From: Chlamydiales bacterium
Lineage (GTDB): Bacteria > Chlamydiota > Chlamydiia > Chlamydiales > SM23-39
NCBI GenBank assembly: GCA_035480615.1
Contig: DATIHO010000068.1
Coordinates: 1 to 52,154, forward strand
Direction of reading: 5' to 3'
Length of the DNA stretch: 52,154 nt
Below, piece by piece: positions 19,238 through 27,961 of this stretch. The position numbers and the translations under genes were made by a program. Each line of letters opens with the position of its first letter. The first letter of the stretch is position 1. The notes below the pieces were generated by a model. That model ran no database searches, had not been told where the DNA came from, and saw only the letters and a program-made list of their open reading frames with translations.

Positions 19238-20965
19238 TTGGAAACTTTAATTGCCATCTTTCAAAAGGAGGTCTCCAAAGCAATTTCCATTGCTTTCAAT
19301 CTGTCCCAAGAACAGTCGACCGCGGATCTATCTCCCGCTTCTCAAGAAACATTCGGACATTATCAATGCAATAGCGCTCTCAGGCTTTCAAAAAGCCTAA
19401 AGCAAAACCCACGAGAGGTCGCCCAAAAAATTGTGGATCATTTTGATTCTTCATTTTGTGCAAAAGTGGAGATTGCAGGTCCGGGCTTTATTAATTTTAC
19501 CCTTTCCCCTCAATTTCTCTCCTTTCAATTAAATCAACAACTTGCCGATCCTTTATGCGGCGCTCCATCTCCTGCAAACAGCCAAAAGATCATTGTTGAA
19601 TTCTCTTCCCCGAATGTTGCAAAAGAGCTGCATGTGGGACATATTCGCTCCACCATTATCGGGGATTGTTTAGCGCGTCTTTTCGAATTTTTAGGTCAAG
19701 ATGTCTTACGTCTCAATCACATTGGAGATTGGGGGACGCAATTCGGAATGTTGATTGCCTATATGAAACAACCCGCCTCAAAAGCATTATGCGAAGCTGA
19801 ACCGACAACCCTTGAATCACTGATGCAGCGATATCAAGCCGCAAAGAAACTTTTTGATGCTGATCCCGATTTTAAAAAACAATCTCAATTAGAGGTAGTT
19901 CGTCTGCAATCCGGCGATCAAGACGCTCTTTGTACCTGGAAAGCGATATGCGATATTTCCCGCAAGGCGTTCCAGGAAATTTATGATTTGCTTGACGTGC
20001 AAATTATAGAACGGGGCGAATCGTTTTATAACCGTTTTTTAAAAGAGATCGTCGATGAATTTGACAAAAAAGGTTTAATCGCAATTTCTGATGGAGCTAA
20101 ATGCGTTTATTTGGAAGGTTTCAAAAATCGCGATGGCGACCCTCTGCCTTTAATGATCCAAAAATCAGATGGGGGATATAATTACGATACAACAGATCTC
20201 GCTGCAATCCGACATCGTATCTTTGTGGAAAAAGCAGATCGGATTATTTATGTGACCGATTCAGGACAATCGCTGCATTTCCAGATGATTTTCGCTGCGG
20301 CTGAAAAAATCGGCTGGATCGACCCCAAAAAAACAGAAGTGGATCATGTTGGATTTGGTCTTGTGTTAGGACCAGACGGAAAAAAATTTAAAACGCGTTC
20401 CGGAACTACCGAAAAACTCATCGATCTTTTAACTGAAGCTATAAATCGGGCTAGAGAGATTGTCCGCACACGTCTTCCCGACGCAAAAGAAGAAGAAATC
20501 GAACATCTGGCAAAGGTTTTAGGAATCGGTGCCGTTAAATATTCTGATCTTTCAATCCATAGGATAAAAGACTACACTTTTAGCTATGACAAGATGCTCC
20601 GTTTTGAAGGGAACACCGCCGTTTTTCTTCTGTACGCCTACGTCCGGATCAATGGGATCAAACGAAAAGCGCAAACAGATGCAGGTAAGAGTCAAATTAC
20701 AGTGACTCATCCTTCAGAAATTTCTCTTGGCATCCACCTGCTTCGCTTTGGCGAAATACTTGAATGGATGGCGAGGGATTTGTTGCCAAATCGACTCACT
20801 GATTATCTTTATGAACTCGCTGAGAAATTTAACGCCTTTTTTCGAGATTGCCGAGTCGTGGGAAGTCCTGAAGAAAGAGAGCGTCTCCGTCTTTGCGACC
20901 TGACCTCGAAAATCTTAAAAACAGGGCTGCACATTCTTGGCCTTCAAACTGTAGACCGGATGTAA
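19238..20965 (+). CDS. argS: Arginyl-tRNA synthetase
   Basis: FSSPNVAKELHVGH, GDWGTQFG, KFKTRSG, YAYVRI. Confidence 0.98.
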   Translation: METLIAIFQKEVSKAISIAFNLSQEQSTADLSPASQETFGHYQCNSALRLSKSLKQNPREVAQKIVDHFDSSFCAKVEIAGPGFINFTLSPQFLSFQLNQQLADPLCGAPSPANSQKIIVEFSSPNVAKELHVGHIRSTIIGDCLARLFEFLGQDVLRLNHIGDWGTQFGMLIAYMKQPASKALCEAEPTTLESLMQRYQAAKKLFDADPDFKKQSQLEVVRLQSGDQDALCTWKAICDISRKAFQEIYDLLDVQIIERGESFYNRFLKEIVDEFDKKGLIAISDGAKCVYLEGFKNRDGDPLPLMIQKSDGGYNYDTTDLAAIRHRIFVEKADRIIYVTDSGQSLHFQMIFAAAEKIGWIDPKKTEVDHVGFGLVLGPDGKKFKTRSGTTEKLIDLLTEAINRAREIVRTRLPDAKEEEIEHLAKVLGIGAVKYSDLSIHRIKDYTFSYDKMLRFEGNTAVFLLYAYVRINGIKRKAQTDAGKSQITVTHPSEISLGIHLLRFGEILEWMARDLLPNRLTDYLYELAEKFNAFFRDCRVVGSPEERERLRLCDLTSKILKTGLHILGLQTVDRM

Positions 20966-20969
20966 TGCC

Positions 20970-20996
20970 AACCTGAATAATGGGTTTATTCAGGTT
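20970..20996. repeat. 27-bp micro-element AACCTGAATAATGGGTTTATTCAGGTT, copy 1
   Basis: Identical to 25107-25133 and 30060-30086; hairpin between convergent argS and epmB. Confidence 0.9.
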
Positions 20997-21000
20997 ACCA

Positions 21001-21981
21001 CTAAACACTTATAAAAGTTTTACTGGGACAGCCGGGCACTTCTCGAACAAGATGGGGCACTCCGAACCCTGAAATATGCTCTTGAAGATACCGAACGCAC
21101 TCGAGTCCTTTCATTGAAGGAAGAGCAAAATGGGCAGTTCCTGTCACAGGATCCAGTTCATGGAGATAATAAAACATAATTCCATGATTCAACAAAATAT
21201 TAGAAAGCTTTAAAAGCACTTCCCCATTATCGTTCACCCCCTTAAGCAGCACTGATTGATTGAGAATAGGGACGCCCAATAAAGAGATTTTTTTTAAAGA
21301 CGCCAAAACATCGGCATCGAGCTCGGAAGGATGATTGCAATGAATAATAAAATAAAGTTGTTTTGTAGATGATTCAAGAACTTTTAGAAACGAGGAATCG
21401 ATCCGTTCCGGAATGCCAATGGGAAAACGGGAATGGAATCGAATTCTTTGAATATGGGGAATCTGTTCCAAAGATTGAAAAAAAGATAGCAAGATTTTGT
21501 CACTCAAAGACAGAGGATCTCCGCCGCTTAAAATGACTTCCGTTACAGTAGGATTTTTAGATAGATAGGAGAGTTCTTCTTCAAATCCAACTCGTTTTGT
21601 TTCATAGGGAAAATTTTGCCTAAAACAAAATCGGCAATTCATCGCGCATCCATTCGTAGTAAGAATCAAAGCTCTCGATTTGTATTTATGCAAAATTTTT
21701 TGTGATTTTTGAAATTTGATGTCTTGAACCGGATCTGGAAGAAACCCAGGCGTCTGGATAGTCTCATCAAGAAGGGGCAGAAATTGACGTAAAATTGGGT
21801 CGTCTAATGTATTTTTTTTTATTTTTTCAGCTAAGCGACGCGGTAAATTGAGAGGAAAGCGAGGCGTTATCCAAATTTTTCTCCTGCATTCTTGATCAAG
21901 CTCTAAAAATTCGAGGAGAGGTTCAATTTTAATGAAATTGCCTCTTTGGATCTTGCGCCAAGAAGGCGTAGGAGATGTCAT
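21001..21981 (-). CDS. epmB: KamA-family radical SAM lysine 2,3-aminomutase (EpmB-like)
   Basis: HKYKSRAL, CAMNCRFCFR, ILSGGDPL, NQSVLLKGVND. Confidence 0.88.
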   Translation of the reverse strand: MTSPTPSWRKIQRGNFIKIEPLLEFLELDQECRRKIWITPRFPLNLPRRLAEKIKKNTLDDPILRQFLPLLDETIQTPGFLPDPVQDIKFQKSQKILHKYKSRALILTTNGCAMNCRFCFRQNFPYETKRVGFEEELSYLSKNPTVTEVILSGGDPLSLSDKILLSFFQSLEQIPHIQRIRFHSRFPIGIPERIDSSFLKVLESSTKQLYFIIHCNHPSELDADVLASLKKISLLGVPILNQSVLLKGVNDNGEVLLKLSNILLNHGIMFYYLHELDPVTGTAHFALPSMKGLECVRYLQEHISGFGVPHLVREVPGCPSKTFISV

Positions 21982-21992
21982 GGCTACATATT

Positions 21993-23399
21993 TTAAGAGG
22001 CAACAGGTGCGGTGTCAACTTCTATTGCATTGGGGAGAAGGTTTTGTAAAGCAGCTTTACATGTCTTTTTGAAGTGACGATTTCGGGAGATATCGGCTCC
22101 AAGCAATTCCAACTTGTGAACAAGATCTTCATAACCACGGTCAAGATATTCGACGTTACTCACTGTACTCGTATCTGATGCGAGAAGGGCTGCCATAATA
22201 TAGGAGAAACCGGCACGAAGATCTGGGATGCGGATCTCTTTTGCAAGCAATGGAGTAGGCCCTTTAACAACCAAGCTATGGTAATGATTGTTGGACGCGA
22301 ACCGGCAAATTTTTCCTCCAAGACATTGAGTGAAAAGTTCGATATCCGCACCCATTTCTTTCAAAGTTTGGGTATAACCAAATCGATTTTCGTAGACTGT
22401 TTCATGAATTACGGAAACTCCAGCAGCCTGGGTTAAAAGCACCACAAACGGCTGTTGCCAATCTGTCATAAAACCTGGATGGACGTCTGTTTCGAGATGA
22501 AGTCCTCCGCGCAAGTCCTCTTCGTAAAAAAATTCGATCCCATTTTTTTTAACAATAAAGCCGCCTCCGATTTCTCGGATTTTATTCAAAAAAGCGATCA
22601 TGTGAAGATGTTCGGCTCCCTCAATAAAGACCCGCCCTTTTGTAGCAATAGCGGCCATAGCATAAGAGGCGACTTCATTGCGATCGGCCATGACCGTGTG
22701 TTCGACTTCAGAAAAACGGTTTGCCTGTTGAATGCAAATCGTCCGATCGACATCGACCATGATATTTGCGCCCAGTTTCTGCAAAAAAAGGATGAGGTCA
22801 ATGATCTCAGGTTCGATTGCCGCATTTTTAATCAGAGTCGCTCCTTGCGCTCTCAAGGCAGCTAAAATGGTATTTTCAGTTGCGCCTACTGACGGATAAA
22901 GCAGTTCGATCACCGCCCCTTTCAATCCATTATGAGCCTGAGCAAAATAAGCCCCTTCTTTTTTCATTTCCCTATATTCAATTGTAGCACCGAGTTTTTG
23001 AAGCGCATGGATGTGGAGATCGACCGGGCGTGCGCCAATCAAATCACCGCCAATGGTTGGGACGATAATATCTTCCTCAGTTCTCCCCAGCAAAGCGCCA
23101 ATCATCAGGATGGGGATTCGGTTAGATCCTGAGTAACGCTGAGGCACATAAGAGGTCTTTAATTCAGGCGTTACGATTTGGATCGTCTTATTTTTTTTAT
23201 CCCATTCGATATTGGAACCAATTTCACGACAAAGATTGACTGTAATTTCAACATCACCAATATTCGGTACATTGTAAAATGTACATTTTTTATCTGAGAG
23301 CAGCGATGCCACAAGAAGTTTTGTCATGGCATTTTTTGCGCCCGATGCCTGGATATGGCCTTTTAAGGGTTTTCCGCCGCGTATTTTCAGTTGGTCCAT
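21993..23399 (-). CDS. murA: UDP-N-acetylglucosamine 1-carboxyvinyltransferase
   Basis: GAKNA, GGDLIGARPVDLH, SVGATEN, HPGFMTD, PDLRAG, DRGYE. Confidence 0.97.
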   Translation of the reverse strand: MDQLKIRGGKPLKGHIQASGAKNAMTKLLVASLLSDKKCTFYNVPNIGDVEITVNLCREIGSNIEWDKKNKTIQIVTPELKTSYVPQRYSGSNRIPILMIGALLGRTEEDIIVPTIGGDLIGARPVDLHIHALQKLGATIEYREMKKEGAYFAQAHNGLKGAVIELLYPSVGATENTILAALRAQGATLIKNAAIEPEIIDLILFLQKLGANIMVDVDRTICIQQANRFSEVEHTVMADRNEVASYAMAAIATKGRVFIEGAEHLHMIAFLNKIREIGGGFIVKKNGIEFFYEEDLRGGLHLETDVHPGFMTDWQQPFVVLLTQAAGVSVIHETVYENRFGYTQTLKEMGADIELFTQCLGGKICRFASNNHYHSLVVKGPTPLLAKEIRIPDLRAGFSYIMAALLASDTSTVSNVEYLDRGYEDLVHKLELLGADISRNRHFKKTCKAALQNLLPNAIEVDTAPVAS

Positions 23400-23530
23400 G
23401 ACATCATGATATCTTGATGTTTTTAAAATCTCAAAATTCTTTTGTCACGGCACAGAAACAGTCTCTCAACATGGTATTCGAAGACATTTAACCCCTATTA
23501 TGCCACAATAACCTGGTTAATAGATCGATT

Positions 23531-24025
23531 ATGGAAAAATCATACCCTATTTATCGAACGGGAATTGGACAAGATAGCCACCGGTTTCTTCCCTCCGATT
23601 CCTCGAAACCCTGCATTGTTTGCGGAGTGATTTTTAGCGGAGTTCCCGGCCTTGATGCCGATTCCGATGGCGATGTGGTGTATCATGCCGTGTGCAATGC
23701 AATCACCTCTCTTTCCGGAGTGCCGATTTTAGGAGGCATTGCTCAAGACCTGTGCCGTAAAGACGGGATTACCGATTCCCAAGTGTATTTAGAGCATGCT
23801 CTTCGTGCTCTTCAGCCTCAAAAAATCGTCCATCTCGCCATTACGATCGAAGGAAAACGCCCTTATTTTAAAGAGCGGATCGAAGTAATGCGCAAAAAAA
23901 TTGCGCATGTCCTGGGCATTCGGCAGTCCCAAGTTGGGCTCACTGCAACATCCGGCGATGGGCTCACTGATTTTGGCTGTGGCGATGGACTCATGTGTTT
24001 TTGTATTTTGACGACTGTCGAATAA
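23531..24025 (+). CDS. ispF: 2-C-methyl-D-erythritol 2,4-cyclodiphosphate synthase
   Basis: RTGIGQDSHRF, SDGDVVYHA, GLTATSG. Confidence 0.9.
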   Translation: MEKSYPIYRTGIGQDSHRFLPSDSSKPCIVCGVIFSGVPGLDADSDGDVVYHAVCNAITSLSGVPILGGIAQDLCRKDGITDSQVYLEHALRALQPQKIVHLAITIEGKRPYFKERIEVMRKKIAHVLGIRQSQVGLTATSGDGLTDFGCGDGLMCFCILTTVE

Positions 24026-24037
24026 GTATGAAGTCTA

Positions 24038-24940
24038 TTATGTGCTGCCGAGAGAGCCTCCAAATAGAGCTTTTGTCTCAAACCCGTTTTTTGAATTGCG
24101 TATGAGATCTTCATCAAATTGAATCCGGCCACGTTCAAAAAGAAGCACAAGGCAAGACCCTCCGAAAGAAAAAAAACCTTTCTCCTCTCCTTTTTGGACA
24201 ACACTCCCGGGAACATAGGTTTGATGAATGGTGCCAACGCAAGTAGCGCCTACTTCCACAATAAAAAGAGTGCCGAATTTGTCTGTGTCCATTTCGGTAA
24301 TCATCCTTTTATTTTCACTTAAGATGGAGAATTTTTTTCTGAGAGCCACGGGATTGACCGAAAAAAGAGGACCATCGATGGGTCGGGCGACAGAAGGGAC
24401 TCCCGAACAGGGGAAATGGAAGCGATGATAGTCTGTAGGGCAGAGTCGGGCAATCACCATCGACCCGTCTGATAGCCTATGAGCCAAAGCAGAGTCTTGA
24501 AGAAATGAGACAAGGTTGAGCTCTTGCCCCTTCATATAAAAACCATCTGTTGTTTGCAAATTGGGAAACACAAAGTAGCGCCCATCTGCTGGAAGGACCG
24601 CTCGATTCGGATCTGGAAATATCGGCCTTTTTTCCGGTTTTAATTTTCGAATAAAAAAATCGTTAAAAGAACTAAAATTTGTGGTTTGAAATTCAGATGA
24701 ATCGATGTGAAATGCAGCAATAAAGGGTTGGATTTTTCTGGAGCTCGCCTGCCTTTTTTGCAAATAACCATAAAATTTTGAAACCCAAGGCATCCTAGAC
24801 AAAAGAGGAAGAAAAATATACGCAAACATACGGGCCATGCAAGACTCGCCATATAAAAGTGAAAGAATCCAACGACCATAGATTTTTTCTGATTCAATTT
24901 GATTGCGTTTACGGTCAATGTATTTGATTTCCATTGCCAC
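24038..24940 (-). CDS. psd: Phosphatidylserine decarboxylase proenzyme
   Basis: FNDFFIRKLK, PADGR, RLCPTDYHRFH, FGGSC cleavage motif. Confidence 0.95.
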   Translation of the reverse strand: MAMEIKYIDRKRNQIESEKIYGRWILSLLYGESCMARMFAYIFLPLLSRMPWVSKFYGYLQKRQASSRKIQPFIAAFHIDSSEFQTTNFSSFNDFFIRKLKPEKRPIFPDPNRAVLPADGRYFVFPNLQTTDGFYMKGQELNLVSFLQDSALAHRLSDGSMVIARLCPTDYHRFHFPCSGVPSVARPIDGPLFSVNPVALRKKFSILSENKRMITEMDTDKFGTLFIVEVGATCVGTIHQTYVPGSVVQKGEEKGFFSFGGSCLVLLFERGRIQFDEDLIRNSKNGFETKALFGGSLGST

Positions 24941-24986
24941 AAGAGTAGCCCGTTAACAAAAATTTTTCAATGTTGTCCTTCCATTC

Positions 24987-25017
24987 CAGCGGCCCCCTCT
25001 GGAAGCGGGGGTCGCTG
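24987..25017. repeat. GC-rich hairpin CAGCGGCCCCC...GGGGGTCGCTG
   Basis: Inverted repeat whose flanks resemble those of hairpin 30952-30982. Confidence 0.5.
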
Positions 25018-25024
25018 TTGGTAT

Positions 25025-25177
25025 AACCTGAATTTTGGGTTCGTTTCGCTCGAAATCCATAGAGATTTTTGATGAAATTGGTCCGAAATTATGCGAAAAA
25101 GATATTAACCTGAATAATGGGTTTATTCAGGTTATTAGAAGCTGTCTTAAAACTCAGCTTCTATGGATTTTCGGTTA
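25025..25177. repeat. Degenerate AACCTGA-type element with two nested micro-elements (25107-25133 and 25138-25161)
   Basis: Left end AACCTGAATTTTGGGTTC; residual IR GAAATCCATAG / CTATGGATTTTC; contains the 27-bp and 24-bp units. Confidence 0.8.
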
Positions 25178-25181
25178 GAGA

Positions 25182-26150
25182 ATGAAGGCTGTGTATATTG
25201 AGTTCTTTGCTCCTCAAGGCAATATAAAAATAGGGGATATCCCTCGACCCGAAGTCGCGGATGGGGAAATCGGCATAAATGTGATGTATGCCGGTGTAAA
25301 TCCTGCCGACGCAAAAATCGCAGAAGGGCTGTTCCGCTCTCGATTACCTCATCAATTCCCCCTTATCTTAGGTTGGGAAGCGGCAGGTATAGTCCACTTT
25401 GTGGGAAAGAACGTTGCCTCATTTAAAACCGGAGATAAAGTTTACGTCTACTGCCGAAAACCTATTTTACAATGGGGAAGTTGGGCTGAGTATCTGACTG
25501 TTCCCGCAGAGCATGCAGCATTGATTCCAACAAACCTTACTATGGCTCAAGCTGCCGGCATTCCTCTTGCAGGACTCACTGCTTGGCAGGCTCTTTTTGA
25601 CAAGGCCAATCTTCAGCCAGGCGAGTGGATTCTCATTCACGGGGGTGGGGGTGGAGTCGGGAGTTTTGCAATCCAATGGGCAAAGCTTCATGGTGCTTCA
25701 GTGATAACAACAGCAAGCGCCTCGAAATTTGACTACGTAAGACAACTTGGAGCCGATGAAATTATCGATTATCAAAAACATTCGTTTGTCGATCAAATTA
25801 AGCGCTCTCATCTTACAGGAATCGATGTCGTTTTTGATACAATAGGCGGATTAGTCCTTAAACAAAGTTACGAGATTCTAAAATCTGGTAGTGGCCGTAT
25901 TGTTAGCATTCGAGAACAACCCGATTTAGACGTATCGCAAAAATTTCATGTAAAAGCGTCATATCTTTTTGTGGTCCCAGATGGGAAAATACTGCGATCG
26001 ATCGCTCGATTATTCGAATCTGGCACAGTACTGCCGCCAATCATCCATCAAATGCCCCTCAATCAAGCTCTATTGGCAATAGAAGAAATCAGAAAAGGGC
26101 ATACCACCGGAAAAATTGTTCTTCAGGTTTCTGCCCTTCCTCAAAATTAA
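25182..26150 (+). CDS. NADP-dependent oxidoreductase (MDR/quinone reductase family)
   Basis: AGVNPAD, PLILGWE.AG, AGLTAWQAL, LIHGGGGGVGSFA, GKIVL. Confidence 0.93.
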   Translation: MKAVYIEFFAPQGNIKIGDIPRPEVADGEIGINVMYAGVNPADAKIAEGLFRSRLPHQFPLILGWEAAGIVHFVGKNVASFKTGDKVYVYCRKPILQWGSWAEYLTVPAEHAALIPTNLTMAQAAGIPLAGLTAWQALFDKANLQPGEWILIHGGGGGVGSFAIQWAKLHGASVITTASASKFDYVRQLGADEIIDYQKHSFVDQIKRSHLTGIDVVFDTIGGLVLKQSYEILKSGSGRIVSIREQPDLDVSQKFHVKASYLFVVPDGKILRSIARLFESGTVLPPIIHQMPLNQALLAIEEIRKGHTTGKIVLQVSALPQN

Positions 26151-26238
26151 ATTATCTCCCCACTTCTATCATTTATCACTTTACAAAAGAAAGTTGTTTC
26201 GATTAAGATATACGTCCTTACGTATTATTGGAGGTGTT

Positions 26239-27129
26239 ATGAAGGAAATTGGTATGTTTATTTGTCTTGCATGCTCTTTATTTGCAGGCTCAAAGCAATT
26301 TAACGAGGGGCTCCATTCTAACTGGAGGCAGTCATTTTCCATCTCTAAGGAGCTGTATAGAGACAAAACAGAACATCAGGATTTAGTGATTTTTGAAAAC
26401 AAACGATTTGGCAAAGTATTAGCTTTAGATGGGATCATTCAGCTCACTGAGGCTGACGAACCCATCTATCATGAAATGATCGTTCATGTTCCACTTTTGA
26501 CGCACGGCGCTCCCACGTCCATTTTGATTTTAGGAGGAGGTGATGGAGGGGCGTTGCGCGAAGTGCTTAAATACCCTTCTGTCAAGCGGGCGGTTCTTGT
26601 CGACATCGATTCTTCAGTCATTGAACTGTCAACAAAATATTTTCCAAAAGTGTCCAATGGCGCTTTTGAAGATCCAAGGGTTCAAATCATCGTTGATGAT
26701 GCATCAAAATTTGTAACAACTTCTGATCAAACATTTGATGTGATCATTTGCGATTCGACAGACCCGATTGGACCTGGCGCTTGTTTATTTACTTCTGAAT
26801 TTTATGGAGAGTGCAAAAAACGGCTGAAACCAGGTGGAATTTTTGTCAATCAAGGCGGAGTTCCTTTCCTTCAACAAGATGAGTTTTCTTCAATCTGGAA
26901 AAATCTCTCTTCGCAATTTCACCATGCTGGATTTTACGTTGCGCCAGTTCCTACATATGTAGGCGGCTTTATGGCTTTCGGATGGGCATCTGATACCGAT
27001 TACCAAGTATCGGAAGAGACGCTGCGAGAAAGAGCTGCTCATTTGGGGGATTCTTTATTTTATTATACACCAAAGATTCACAAAGCATCCTTTGCTTTGC
27101 CTCATTTCATGGTCAAACAAATGCAATAA
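26239..27129 (+). CDS. speE: Spermidine synthase (polyamine aminopropyltransferase)
   Basis: LDGIIQ, YHEM, ILGGGDGG, DVIICDSTDP; GGAGGT SD before the ATG at 26239. Confidence 0.93.
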   Translation: MKEIGMFICLACSLFAGSKQFNEGLHSNWRQSFSISKELYRDKTEHQDLVIFENKRFGKVLALDGIIQLTEADEPIYHEMIVHVPLLTHGAPTSILILGGGDGGALREVLKYPSVKRAVLVDIDSSVIELSTKYFPKVSNGAFEDPRVQIIVDDASKFVTTSDQTFDVIICDSTDPIGPGACLFTSEFYGECKKRLKPGGIFVNQGGVPFLQQDEFSSIWKNLSSQFHHAGFYVAPVPTYVGGFMAFGWASDTDYQVSEETLRERAAHLGDSLFYYTPKIHKASFALPHFMVKQMQ

Positions 27130-27142
27130 AAAGAACTGCTTA

Positions 27143-27172
27143 AAGACTGTTGTCGAATTCGACAACAGTTTT
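27143..27172. repeat. 30-bp palindromic micro-element of the GAGACTGT family
   Basis: AAGACTGTTGTCGAATTCGACAACAGTTTT just after the speE stop. Confidence 0.65.
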
Positions 27173-27285
27173 TAGGACTCATTTCTTTAGAATAAGAGCT
27201 TTTTACCTAGCTTATTCAATAGTTCCCCAGATATAAATCGAATTGTGAGACAAATTTTATTAGTTGATGGAGTAAGAAGGGTATT

Positions 27286-27441
27286 ATGTTAGAAATTATA
27301 TTGGTGATTTTTTTGGTCTTGGTTGTCATTGGTATGCTGCCAAAATGGCCTTACAGTATGAATTGGGGATATACTCCAATGGGAACAATATTGACTATAT
27401 TGCTCATTCTCTTGCTTTTAAGACTACTAGGAGTTATTTAA
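27286..27441 (+). CDS. DUF3309 family small membrane protein (51 aa)
   Basis: MLEIILVIFLVLVVIGMLPKWPYSMNWGYTPMGTILTILLILLLLRLLGVI with LP.WPYS..WGY.P motif; below the ORF-track cutoff. Confidence 0.85.
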   Translation: MLEIILVIFLVLVVIGMLPKWPYSMNWGYTPMGTILTILLILLLLRLLGVI

Positions 27442-27915
27442 TCATGGTAAGATATAGAAATCAAGAAGTGACATCAAGACTTGCTCATGAGGAAACTTGG
27501 ATTGTGAAAGCTTGCGTTGCGTAAAAAAGGAATTAGCAGGGGGAAATAAGGGACTGGGAAGAGCATCCACGGAAAACCATTGCCACTCTTCACATTTATG
27601 GGGTTCCAGTAGTTGAGGCTCCCCTTCAAAATTCTCGACCATGGCAAAGAGGGTGATGTAATGCTTGTTTCCATCAATCACGTTATTGCTCCACCCACCG
27701 TCTCTGAAAGAAAGAGCTTTCAGCCCTGTTTCTTCAGCAAGTTCACGGCTGGCGCAATCTTCGAGTGACTCTCCGAATTCCAAGTGACCGCCCGGACAAG
27801 CCCACTCACCAGCGCCATGAGCACCTTTTCTTTTCCCAAGCAGTACTTTGCCATCTTTAAAGACATACACACCAACGCCAACTCGAGGTCTTATCTTTTC
27901 GCCTTGATTTTCCAT
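27442..27915 (-). CDS. NUDIX hydrolase (NUDT15/MutT-like)
   Basis: RPRVGVG, PGGHLEFGES...A.RELAEETG Nudix box, EPHKCEEW. Confidence 0.9.
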   Translation of the reverse strand: MENQGEKIRPRVGVGVYVFKDGKVLLGKRKGAHGAGEWACPGGHLEFGESLEDCASRELAEETGLKALSFRDGGWSNNVIDGNKHYITLFAMVENFEGEPQLLEPHKCEEWQWFSVDALPSPLFPPANSFFTQRKLSQSKFPHEQVLMSLLDFYILP

Positions 27916-27961
27916 GCAAATTCCCTCTGACATAAATGGAAACTACACTACCCAAGCCTTG

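Noticed and set aside
26116..26238. 41-aa N-terminal extension of SpeE
   Set aside because: It overlaps the upstream gene; a strong SD supports the ATG at 26239
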